Notes under the pieces: generated by a model
Told to the model about the DNA's origin: nothing
The model's database searches: none
What the model saw: only the letters and a program-made list of their open reading frames with translations
Translations under genes and position numbers: made by a program
From: Patescibacteria group bacterium
Lineage (GTDB): Bacteria > Patescibacteriota > Patescibacteriia > Patescibacteriales > UBA12465
Direction of reading: 5' to 3'
Assembly: GCA_028692765.1 (NCBI GenBank)
Contig: JAQUWT010000001.1
Location: 15,695-79,694 of the forward strand
Length of the DNA: 64,000 nt
Shown here: in pieces, positions 16,758-24,782 of the stretch
How positions within the stretch are numbered: the stretch's first letter is position 1
How the letters are laid out: every line of letters starts with the position of its first letter

Positions 16758-18469
16758 TAAATAAAATTTCAATAAAAAATTTTAAATGTTTTAGAAATAA
16801 AATTGATATTCCATTAAATCAAGGGAGTTATTTAATTGGTGCTAATAACGCAGGAAAAACAGCCGTACTTAATGCTATTAATTTCTTTTTTGATTCTTCT
16901 CTTTTTTTTGATGAGTCATTTTTAAACAGGACAAACTATTTGGCAAAAAAATCAGGATATAATAAGTCGGAAATTACTCTTAGTTTCGATTTAAGTTATA
17001 TATCTAATAGTTCACTTAAAAATAAGTTAGTAAAATTTTTTTCTTCCGAAATGGCAACAATTAAGAAGGTTATAATATTTTCTCCAGATTCTGGCAGTAT
17101 TAACTTGAGTTATGATATAAAGGGTAATAATTATACTTATGATGATTTAAATGAAAATGTTAAAAAAATGATTAGTAGTGTAAAGATTGTATATATACAC
17201 CCGCAAGAAGGTCGTGAATTGTTATTGAATGCTCAAAATAAACTACGTACGAGATTATTAGCAAATTGGGGGAGAAATGCTAAGCTTTCTCATAGTATCA
17301 AGGATCTGCAAGATAAATGGAGTGTTTTAAGAAAACAGGCCAGAGAATATCTTTCTGGATCTTTGTCAAATAGTCTACAAAATATGTGGCCAGGTGGATC
17401 TGCTTATATAGATTTACCAAAAGAAATTTCGGATATTGTGGCTATATCCGATATCACTTTTAAAGGTAATATTTCTTTGCCAGATATTAATTTAACAGCG
17501 CAAGGAACTGGCGCACAAACTACCATTTTATATTTAACTCATTATTTATTAGATAGCGATCGATCTTTACACAGAGGCGAATATCATCCAATTTGGCTAT
17601 TAGAGGAGCCGGAGTCATTTCTTCATGCTGATTTAATAGCAAAATTTGCATCTCAGCTAAATTCAGAATCTTGGATGAGCAATATACAGGTTGTGGTTTC
17701 TACGCATTCACCTATTTTACTTTCAGTAAGTAGAATGGGTAAGAATTTAGTTTCTTGGAGTTTGCTTGATAATTACGAACCACAGATATCAAAGAATGTT
17801 ATAGATTGGAGCCATGAAGAAATTTTTAATGTTGGCAAAAAAATGGGCGATCCAAATTTCTCAGTATATTTTTCCGTTTCACAAAATGGTCCTATTGTAT
17901 TTTTAGAAGACAAAAAAGATATTACAATAGATAGATTTAAAAAGGCCGGAATTTCCATTACTAGTGGGTTGGGCGGTGTTTCTGAGGTTGTTAGACATAT
18001 AAGTGTATTGATCTCAAGTCCTAGATTGTCGTCTAGCAAAATATACTATATAGTTGATGGCGATCGCGGCTTTAATAATTTTGTTAATTTTATTGATGGC
18101 GACCCCGTTAAGTCTATTGGGGGATTAAATAAGTTTCAATTAAAAGATTTAAATGATGTATATTTATTATCACTTCCAAAAAATAGAGCTATAGAAGAAA
18201 TGTTTGATGAGTATGAACCCTATTTGTTATCTTTAATTAATCAAATATGGGATCCGCATACCTGGAATTTTAGGCAAAAAATTCCTAGTGTTTTGTCAAC
18301 TATCTGCGCCTCTTCTAAGAAAAAAAATATAAATTCACTTGGCAGTGCTCAAAATGCTATAAAAAATTCTGATGATGTTAAATATATGTTTTGGAAAAAA
18401 GTTGAAAAAGAGAATTTAAGTTTTAGTAAAGTATTTATTTCTAATTTGGTAGCTATTCTAAATGATTAA
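16748..18469 (+). CDS. OLD/GajA-like nuclease: ABC-type ATPase fused to a C-terminal Toprim-like domain
   Basis: N-terminal ISIKNFKCF...GANNAGKT (Walker A), WLLEEPESFLHADL (Walker B/D-loop), STHSP (H-loop). C-terminal VFLEDKKD...YYIVDGDRGF fits the Toprim E...DxD pattern. Overlaps the MTase by 10 nt. Confidence 0.6.
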   Translation: MPLINKISIKNFKCFRNKIDIPLNQGSYLIGANNAGKTAVLNAINFFFDSSLFFDESFLNRTNYLAKKSGYNKSEITLSFDLSYISNSSLKNKLVKFFSSEMATIKKVIIFSPDSGSINLSYDIKGNNYTYDDLNENVKKMISSVKIVYIHPQEGRELLLNAQNKLRTRLLANWGRNAKLSHSIKDLQDKWSVLRKQAREYLSGSLSNSLQNMWPGGSAYIDLPKEISDIVAISDITFKGNISLPDINLTAQGTGAQTTILYLTHYLLDSDRSLHRGEYHPIWLLEEPESFLHADLIAKFASQLNSESWMSNIQVVVSTHSPILLSVSRMGKNLVSWSLLDNYEPQISKNVIDWSHEEIFNVGKKMGDPNFSVYFSVSQNGPIVFLEDKKDITIDRFKKAGISITSGLGGVSEVVRHISVLISSPRLSSSKIYYIVDGDRGFNNFVNFIDGDPVKSIGGLNKFQLKDLNDVYLLSLPKNRAIEEMFDEYEPYLLSLINQIWDPHTWNFRQKIPSVLSTICASSKKKNINSLGSAQNAIKNSDDVKYMFWKKVEKENLSFSKVFISNLVAILND

Positions 18470-18549
18470 TTTTATAGTTTAATATTCAGGTACAAAAATA
18501 TCAGTCCGCGCCTTCGGGCTGATATTTATTTTAACTTTATTATCTTTTT

Positions 18550-19098
18550 TTATTCCTCAAACACCAGGCTATCGATAATCGTCGGCATTGATGCCAAGGG
18601 AGCGGTAATCACGAATATATTGCTATCTTTGGAAAAAATGATGATTTGCGGGTCGGGAAAGTCTTCGCCATTGTTTGCGACTTCATGCGCAGAGATGCCG
18701 CTTTGCCCGGCAATGTCGATGTTTTCGTCTTTAAGATATCGACTGGATTTTAATTTTTTATTTTCTGTTTCCAGCCAAGATTCCGCATCGGGAAATTGTT
18801 GTTTGGCAAAAACTTGGATGCTTATACCCGGTCCACCTCCTTGAGAAAAGACAACGCCGTTATTTTCCAAGGAAATGACATCCAGATTGCCGGGGTAGGA
18901 TAATCTATATTTAAGAGGCCTATTAGTATAGGTTTTTAATTTTATTTCTCCCACGTTCTCCGCTTGGCTTTTTGTTTGATTATAGTAAGCAATTTGCCGG
19001 CATTTGCTTTGGATAAGGAGAATTGCGGTCATTAGAGCCAGTACGATGATGGCGCTGCCGGCAACGATTATTTTTTGATTGTAAGTATTTTTAATCAT
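18550..19098 (-). CDS. Hypothetical membrane-anchored protein (182 aa)
   Basis: N-terminal TM helix IIVAGSAIIVLALMTAILLI. No family recognised. Confidence 0.5.
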   Translation of the reverse strand: MIKNTYNQKIIVAGSAIIVLALMTAILLIQSKCRQIAYYNQTKSQAENVGEIKLKTYTNRPLKYRLSYPGNLDVISLENNGVVFSQGGGPGISIQVFAKQQFPDAESWLETENKKLKSSRYLKDENIDIAGQSGISAHEVANNGEDFPDPQIIIFSKDSNIFVITAPLASMPTIIDSLVFEE

Positions 19099-19343
19099 AT
19101 AAATTAAGATGCTTTTATATTATAGCATAATGGCATAACATTTGTTTAAAAAATAAATAGAATTAATTAACGATATATAATCGTATAAAGCGGCGGGGAA
19201 GCTCCAGAGATTTGCCGACAGGCAAATGTCGCGGCGGATGAGCCGATTAGTGTCCTAATTTTAGAGTAATTTTTTATATATTCTCAAACAGGATTAGAAT
19301 ATAAGCGCTTATTTTAGTATAATGATGATATAGAGCTACATTT

Positions 19344-20339
19344 ATGAAAATAAAAGACATCAATCAAGGCGTCAGAAAAGCGGCCGCCGAAACCGGCTTT
19401 AAAATCGGTAAGGAAATTTATCGGGGAACTTATTACACGGAAGGCAATTTGAGAAATATTATTTATGACGGTTTTTATAAAAACAAGCCGGCCGTATTGA
19501 AATTTTATGATGATCCCCGAATTACGGATGAAGCGGCCTCGCTGAAAGAGTTTTTAAAAAATAATAAAAGCGTAATTTTGACGGCGCCGAAACTATACAG
19601 AAGCAAAGTTCTTTCGGCTCATTCGGGGTGGATGATTGTCGAGAAAATACCCGACAGTTATCATAAATATGAAATTCCATTGGATAAGATTGAGCGGGAA
19701 GAATTTTTGAAAATATTTTTGGAATACAGAAAGAATTTTTCTCTTAAGCCGGGCAGGAAATTATTTTTAACCGAAAAGCTTTCGTCTGATAATTTTTATA
19801 TTTTTAGAATAAGCAGGTGGTTGGAATTGGCGCAGAATAAAGAGGCCGACAGGCTGATGAACGGCAAGCGCAATCTTCTCGATGAAGATTTTTTAAAGAT
19901 GCTTGCGCCGGCTTTATCGAAGATAAGAGAGGAATGCAAAAACATCAAGATGATTTGGTGCCACGGCCACTTCAAGCCGTCTGAAATTTTTACCGACCGG
20001 GCAAGGACTAAGTATTATTTGACCGATTTTGCGCACACCGCCATGTTTCCCGAAGGATATGAACTCGCCTTTATGATCTGGTCCGATTATTTAATGGCGG
20101 ATGATAAGTGGAAGATGCCGTATCGGCACTGGAAGAAGGGCCTTGATGCTTGGATTATGGATGTCGAAAAAATAGCCAAGGAATTGGGATTTAATAATTA
20201 TAAAAGGTTAATTAGAGTTAGCTTGATAGAGAGAGTCTTGGGGACGATATTGGCTGACATTACCGCCTCGGATAGGCTGGAGCAAGAAAAAGAAAGGGGA
20301 ATCAGCCTAATGACGAGGCTTTTAAAAGATTTATTGTAG
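19344..20339 (+). CDS. Phosphotransferase (APH/kinase-like fold) family protein, divergent catalytic loop
   Basis: HGHFKPSEIF aligns with the HGDxxxxN catalytic loop, and YLTDFAHT aligns with the DFG/DFE metal-binding motif. D to H and N to E substitutions suggest altered or lost kinase activity. Confidence 0.4.
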   Translation: MKIKDINQGVRKAAAETGFKIGKEIYRGTYYTEGNLRNIIYDGFYKNKPAVLKFYDDPRITDEAASLKEFLKNNKSVILTAPKLYRSKVLSAHSGWMIVEKIPDSYHKYEIPLDKIEREEFLKIFLEYRKNFSLKPGRKLFLTEKLSSDNFYIFRISRWLELAQNKEADRLMNGKRNLLDEDFLKMLAPALSKIREECKNIKMIWCHGHFKPSEIFTDRARTKYYLTDFAHTAMFPEGYELAFMIWSDYLMADDKWKMPYRHWKKGLDAWIMDVEKIAKELGFNNYKRLIRVSLIERVLGTILADITASDRLEQEKERGISLMTRLLKDLL

Positions 20340-20388
20340 CTGGGCGATTATAATATTATTTTATCATATAAATAATGAGGCGAAACTT

Positions 20389-20403
20389 CCTCATCCCGTG
20401 CGT
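20389..20403 (+). repeat. attR-like copy of the tRNA-Trp 3'-end direct repeat (cctcatcccgtgcgt)
   Basis: Exact 15/15 match to 12343-12357, or 16/17 with one flanking mismatch. Immediately followed by a terminator. Confidence 0.7.
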
Positions 20404-20410
20404 AATAAAA

Positions 20411-20433
20411 AACCAGATTTCTCTGGTTTTTTT
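20411..20433 (+). terminator. Rho-independent terminator
   Basis: aaccaga-tttc-tctggtt followed by ttttt. Confidence 0.7.
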
Positions 20434-20453
20434 GTGTTTAGCGATTCTTATCT

Positions 20454-21014
20454 TTACCTATTGCAAAATGCAAATCGTCTTAAGGTCTTCCTTTTTACAA
20501 ATGAGCCTCCGTTTCCAGAGGAAAAGATGCGACCCATTATAATTTCATTGAGCGCTAGGATAATATAATTGTATCCCGTCTTTGTTACCCTTTCTTCTAA
20601 AGTTTTGGCAGTATCTTCCGGTCTTATAAGTACCGGAATTTGAATAATGCCAGAACCGCGATTTAGTTTATTGACAAAGTGCATTGATATAGCGCTTTGA
20701 TCAATTTCTCCGCGTTTATAAGCGGCAATAATTTCTTTATAAATTTTTGATCCTTGCAAATTTTTATCATTAATCCATGGGAACGGTCCGTGACATATAT
20801 TGATAATCCTTCCTTCTTCCGATTCCGCGATTGGCTTTGGCCAATCTGCATAGATAATATAGTCTGGCTGAAATTTTGTAATTATATTTTGATACTCTTC
20901 AGTATTATTTGGTTCCATAAAATATATGAAAGGAATTTTTAAAGATTGAGCTCTTTGAAAAATTTCGCCGTTATGGTAGTCAAAGACGACCCCTACAACT
21001 TTGGCTTTAATCAT
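20454..21014 (-). CDS. Formyltransferase domain protein (PurN / methionyl-tRNA formyltransferase N-domain-like)
   Basis: INICHGPFPW...SMHFVNKLNRGSGIIQIPVLIRPEDTAKTLEERV aligns with the formyl_trans_N core (N..H..D catalytic region). Confidence 0.6.
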   Translation of the reverse strand: MIKAKVVGVVFDYHNGEIFQRAQSLKIPFIYFMEPNNTEEYQNIITKFQPDYIIYADWPKPIAESEEGRIINICHGPFPWINDKNLQGSKIYKEIIAAYKRGEIDQSAISMHFVNKLNRGSGIIQIPVLIRPEDTAKTLEERVTKTGYNYIILALNEIIMGRIFSSGNGGSFVKRKTLRRFAFCNR

Positions 21015-21257
21015 TGCCGGGTTCGTTCTTGACCTTTCGATAATTTCTTGAAACCAATATCCGCTCTTGATTTTTTTCCGGATTCAAAAATAAGAATTTT
21101 TTTCATTTTGCTTTGGTTTAATTGATTTAAGGTACGAGAATTTTTGGGAAAAATTAATTTTATAGCATAAAGCTTTTTATACTTTTTGTAAAGACTGCTC
21201 GTTTTACCTTTTTATCTTTTTGGCCTTTTTTCGGTTTTTAGGGTAGAATTAAGATGT

Positions 21258-21761
21258 ATGCCAAAAACCATTATCGTTAACGATTTAATGCAAAAGGGCT
21301 ATAGGTACCAGCTGACGGAGCCGATGGGCCGTAATTTTGATTCCGAATTCAAACCGGAGCTTAGCCCCAAGGAAATGCTGGCTCTCGGCGTTTTCGGAGG
21401 CAGATACATGACCGATTGCCGGCAGGAATTCCCGGCCGACTGGTATCGGGGGGCGAAGCTGTGCGCTCGCTTCCACGACCCGAAGTTAAATTTCTTCGGC
21501 GTTAATGCCAGCCAGCCTTTATCGGTCTGGCGCTTTAAGGGCTGGATTCACCCCGATGATCCCAGGGGCTGGTTCCAATGGTATTGCCGCTATTATCTCG
21601 GCCGGCGGCATGAGGATGATAAAAGGCAGATTAGGCGCTGGCGGGCTTTCCGCCGCCATTTACTGGCGGTACAGAAAAATTGCCGGCGGGGTGATTTTAA
21701 GTGCCGACCCAAACAGAGGCAAGCGCTTTTGCACTGGGCCTATGACAGCCGGAAAGCCTGA
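21258..21761 (+). CDS. Conserved hypothetical protein (167 aa), Arg/Trp-rich, conspicuously GC-rich relative to neighbours
   Basis: GWFQWYCRYYLGRRHEDDKRQIRRW block. No family confidently recalled. Confidence 0.45.
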   Translation: MPKTIIVNDLMQKGYRYQLTEPMGRNFDSEFKPELSPKEMLALGVFGGRYMTDCRQEFPADWYRGAKLCARFHDPKLNFFGVNASQPLSVWRFKGWIHPDDPRGWFQWYCRYYLGRRHEDDKRQIRRWRAFRRHLLAVQKNCRRGDFKCRPKQRQALLHWAYDSRKA

Positions 21762-21825
21762 AGAGTATTTATTTCAGATAATAAAAAACTATCCTTTTGG
21801 GGATAGTTTTTTGATTTGATGTCTT

Positions 21826-22878
21826 TTATATTTCCGGCGCGTGTGCCAAGCCATGCGCTTGGCTTTCGTGATAGCCGGCACTGCTGATTTCTATAAAGTC
21901 GGCTTTGCCTTTTAAAGATTCGATATCTTTGGCGCCAATATAAGTCATGCCTGAGGCGAGCCCGCCCAGCAGTTTGTTGACTATGGGAACAATCGACCCT
22001 TTGTATGGAATTTTAGTCATTTCACCTTCAACGTGAACCACTTCATCTATCTTCGAGCCGTCAAGCGTCATTTTTTTCACGGTTGCCAATAGGCTCGCCA
22101 TGCCTCGATATTCTTTGTATTGTCTATCATCGATAGTGATGATTTCACCGGGGCTTTCAGCGGTGCCGGAAAAGAAAGAGCCGGACATAATACAGTCAGC
22201 GCCGGCGCCGATAGCTTTGACGATATCTCCAGAGTATTTTAAGCCCCCGTCGGCGCACAAAGGCACTCGCCCCTGGCTGGCTTCATAGACATCCATAATA
22301 GCAGTTAGTTGTGGGACGCCGGCACCGGCCATAATCCGCGTTGTGCACATGGAACCGGGGCCGATACCGATTTTAATTGCATCCGCTTTTTTACTGATAA
22401 AATACTCAGCCGCATCTTTCGTGGCGACATTGCCGACCATGACATCTATTTGCGGGTACTTGGATTTGATGTAATCCAGCGTTTTGCCGGCTCTTTTGGA
22501 ATGCCCGTGAGCGACATCAAGAACAATTATATCGACGCCGGCAGTAATTAAAGCCGGCAGGCGCTCTTCGTAATCCTTAATGCCTAAAGCGGCGGCGCTT
22601 AATAATTTTTGTTTTTTCACTTTAGCCACTTCTTGCGCCTGTTGTTCAATGCTTAAAAAACGATGAAGAATGCCTAAACCTCCTAAGCGGCCGAGGGCAA
22701 TCGCCATTTCGCTTTCGCACACCGTATCCATGTTAGCGGCCAGAATGGGAATATCGATTTTATGATTTTTGGTGACTTGAGTTTGAAAATTAACATCTCG
22801 CCGAGATATAATTTTATTATATTTAGGCACAATGAGCACATCGTCAAAAGAATAGCCGCGGCCAATGATTCTTGCCAT
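21826..22878 (-). CDS. IMP dehydrogenase/GMP reductase family protein (no CBS insert)
   Basis: [11 protein letters not shown] catalytic cysteine loop, TIM barrel, 350 aa. Confidence 0.85.
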   Translation of the reverse strand: MARIIGRGYSFDDVLIVPKYNKIISRRDVNFQTQVTKNHKIDIPILAANMDTVCESEMAIALGRLGGLGILHRFLSIEQQAQEVAKVKKQKLLSAAALGIKDYEERLPALITAGVDIIVLDVAHGHSKRAGKTLDYIKSKYPQIDVMVGNVATKDAAEYFISKKADAIKIGIGPGSMCTTRIMAGAGVPQLTAIMDVYEASQGRVPLCADGGLKYSGDIVKAIGAGADCIMSGSFFSGTAESPGEIITIDDRQYKEYRGMASLLATVKKMTLDGSKIDEVVHVEGEMTKIPYKGSIVPIVNKLLGGLASGMTYIGAKDIESLKGKADFIEISSAGYHESQAHGLAHAPEI

Positions 22879-23040
22879 ATTTTTATATTTTAAAAGTTTA
22901 AATCCGTTGTTTATTATGCTCTTTTTATGGGGATAAGTAAAGGAGAGTTAAATTACAATACCACCCTTAAATCCGGTAATTACTATCTATTTTCCTTGAT
23001 GTGCGCTAAAATATAGCTATATATCTTAATATTTAAACCT

Positions 23041-23781
23041 ATGAACTTAGAAAACAAAGTCGCGATTGTCACCGGTGCCGGACGCGGTATCGGCCGGGGC
23101 ATCGCCTTGGCCTTAGCTAGCGCCGGCGCTTCGGTGGTGGTCAGCGATGTCAGTTTAGTCGATTGCGTCAGCGCCGCCGCCGAAATCAAGGATAAGGGCG
23201 GCAGAGCTCTAGCTTTGCCATGCGATGTCGCCGATAGCGAAGCAGTAAGCAAGCTGATGACCGATACGATGGCGGAATTTGAGCGGATAGATATTTTAGT
23301 CAATAATGCCGGTATCTACCCCTTTAAGCCGTTTTTGGAAATGAATGTCGATGACTGGGATAAAGTCATTGATGTTAATTTGAAGAGTATTTTTCTCTGT
23401 TCGCAAGCGGCGGCTAAATTAATGCCGGAGGGCGGAAAAATCGTCAGTATCTCTTCAATCGCCGCTTTTGTCGGCTTTGCCGGCTTGACTCATTACTGCG
23501 CTTCCAAGGGCGGTATCGTCGGCATGACCAGAGCGCTTGCCTTGGAATTGGCGGCTAAGAAAATTAATGTAAACAGCGTGGCTCCGGGGGCGATTGAAAC
23601 GCCGGGCGCCAGTACGGGCATGACGCCGGAGGCTAAGAAGCAGACCGAAGCGATGATTCCTTGGGGCAGGATGGGGGTGCCGGATGATATTGCCCAGGCA
23701 GTTGCTTTTTTGGTTTCGCCCCAAGCCGATTATATCACCGGCCAGACTTTAATTGTCGATGGCGGCTATACTTTGCGCTAG
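23041..23781 (+). CDS. SDR family oxidoreductase (3-oxoacyl-ACP reductase FabG-like)
   Basis: TGAGRGIGRGIA Rossmann motif, NNAG, and an S...YxxxK catalytic triad (YCASK). Confidence 0.85.
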   Translation: MNLENKVAIVTGAGRGIGRGIALALASAGASVVVSDVSLVDCVSAAAEIKDKGGRALALPCDVADSEAVSKLMTDTMAEFERIDILVNNAGIYPFKPFLEMNVDDWDKVIDVNLKSIFLCSQAAAKLMPEGGKIVSISSIAAFVGFAGLTHYCASKGGIVGMTRALALELAAKKINVNSVAPGAIETPGASTGMTPEAKKQTEAMIPWGRMGVPDDIAQAVAFLVSPQADYITGQTLIVDGGYTLR

Positions 23782-23809
23782 GGAGACTCAGTTTTAACAG
23801 AGATTATTT

Positions 23810-24136
23810 ATGCGTTTTGATTCACCCTTATCTTATCTATTATTATGCTGGCTGGTGGTGAATTTATCGGCTTTCATTTTAATGATGATTGACAAGATGA
23901 AAGCGGCTGATGCCGGCAGCCGCCGCATTTCTGAGGGGCAATTATTTTTTATGGCCGCCGCTTTTGGGGCTGTCGGAGTATATGCCGGGATGTTCGCCTG
24001 CAGGCACAAAACCAGAAAATGGTATTTTATATTAGGCGTGCCCTTGCTGATTGCGCAGAATTTTGCTTTTATATATCTATTGTCTCAGTTATTTTTTATT
24101 CCAGACGGAAATTTTCAATTTATTTTTTTAAGATAG
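23810..24136 (+). CDS. DUF1294 family membrane protein
   Basis: IDKMKAADAGSRRISEGQL...RHKTRKWYF matches the DUF1294 signature. Confidence 0.6.
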   Translation: MRFDSPLSYLLLCWLVVNLSAFILMMIDKMKAADAGSRRISEGQLFFMAAAFGAVGVYAGMFACRHKTRKWYFILGVPLLIAQNFAFIYLLSQLFFIPDGNFQFIFLR

Positions 24137-24157
24137 AAGATAATATTATTTAAATTT

Positions 24158-24697
24158 ATGAAAAATTTTAGAGGAGAAACGAGGCGGTCGGGTGGATTCG
24201 GAGGAAAAAGAGACTTTGGCGGACGCGCTTCCTTTGGCAAGCCGCAGCGCGGCTCTTTCGGCGGACATGACAAGGAGCGTCCGGCTATGTATCAAGCAGT
24301 CTGCAGCGATTGCGGCGCTGCTTGCGAGGTTCCTTTCCGACCCACTTCCGGCAAGCCGGTTTTTTGCGATTCCTGTTTCCGCGGTTTTGACCAAAAGCGG
24401 CCGGAAGCCAAGATGCCTCCGCGTGATAATTATCGGGAACAGTTAAGCGCCGTTCATACCAAGCTTGATCGCATTATCGATATTTTGCAGGCGGATGATT
24501 TTTTGACTGCGGCGGCTGGGAAGATAAAGCGTTTTGAAAAGGCGGAGATAGCTCCTGCCGTCAAGAAATTGGAAAAAGCGGCGCAGTCGGCGGCGGAAGA
24601 CATTGAATCCGGTATTAAATCAGCCAAGAAAATTGTTAAAAAAGTGAAGAAAGAAGCAAAGGCGACGATTGTCAAGGCGAAGAAAAAAATTAAATAA
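24158..24697 (+). CDS. Zinc-ribbon protein with an RGG/FG-rich N-terminus and a Lys-rich C-terminal tail
   Basis: YQAVCSDCGAACEVPFRPTSGKPVFCDSCF is a CxxC-x17-CxxC ribbon. C-terminal tail KKIVKKVKKEAKATIVKAKKKIK. Confidence 0.5.
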   Translation: MKNFRGETRRSGGFGGKRDFGGRASFGKPQRGSFGGHDKERPAMYQAVCSDCGAACEVPFRPTSGKPVFCDSCFRGFDQKRPEAKMPPRDNYREQLSAVHTKLDRIIDILQADDFLTAAAGKIKRFEKAEIAPAVKKLEKAAQSAAEDIESGIKSAKKIVKKVKKEAKATIVKAKKKIK

Positions 24698-24734
24698 GCA
24701 GATTGAAATTTCAAAAATTCGTTGCTAAGATAGA

Positions 24735-24762
24735 AAGACGGGTCTTTATTCCCGTCTTTTTA
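24735..24762 (+). terminator. Rho-independent terminator
   Basis: aaagacggg-tctttatt-cccgtcttt followed by a T-run. Confidence 0.7.
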
Positions 24763-24782
24763 TTCAAACTATAATCAACTTC

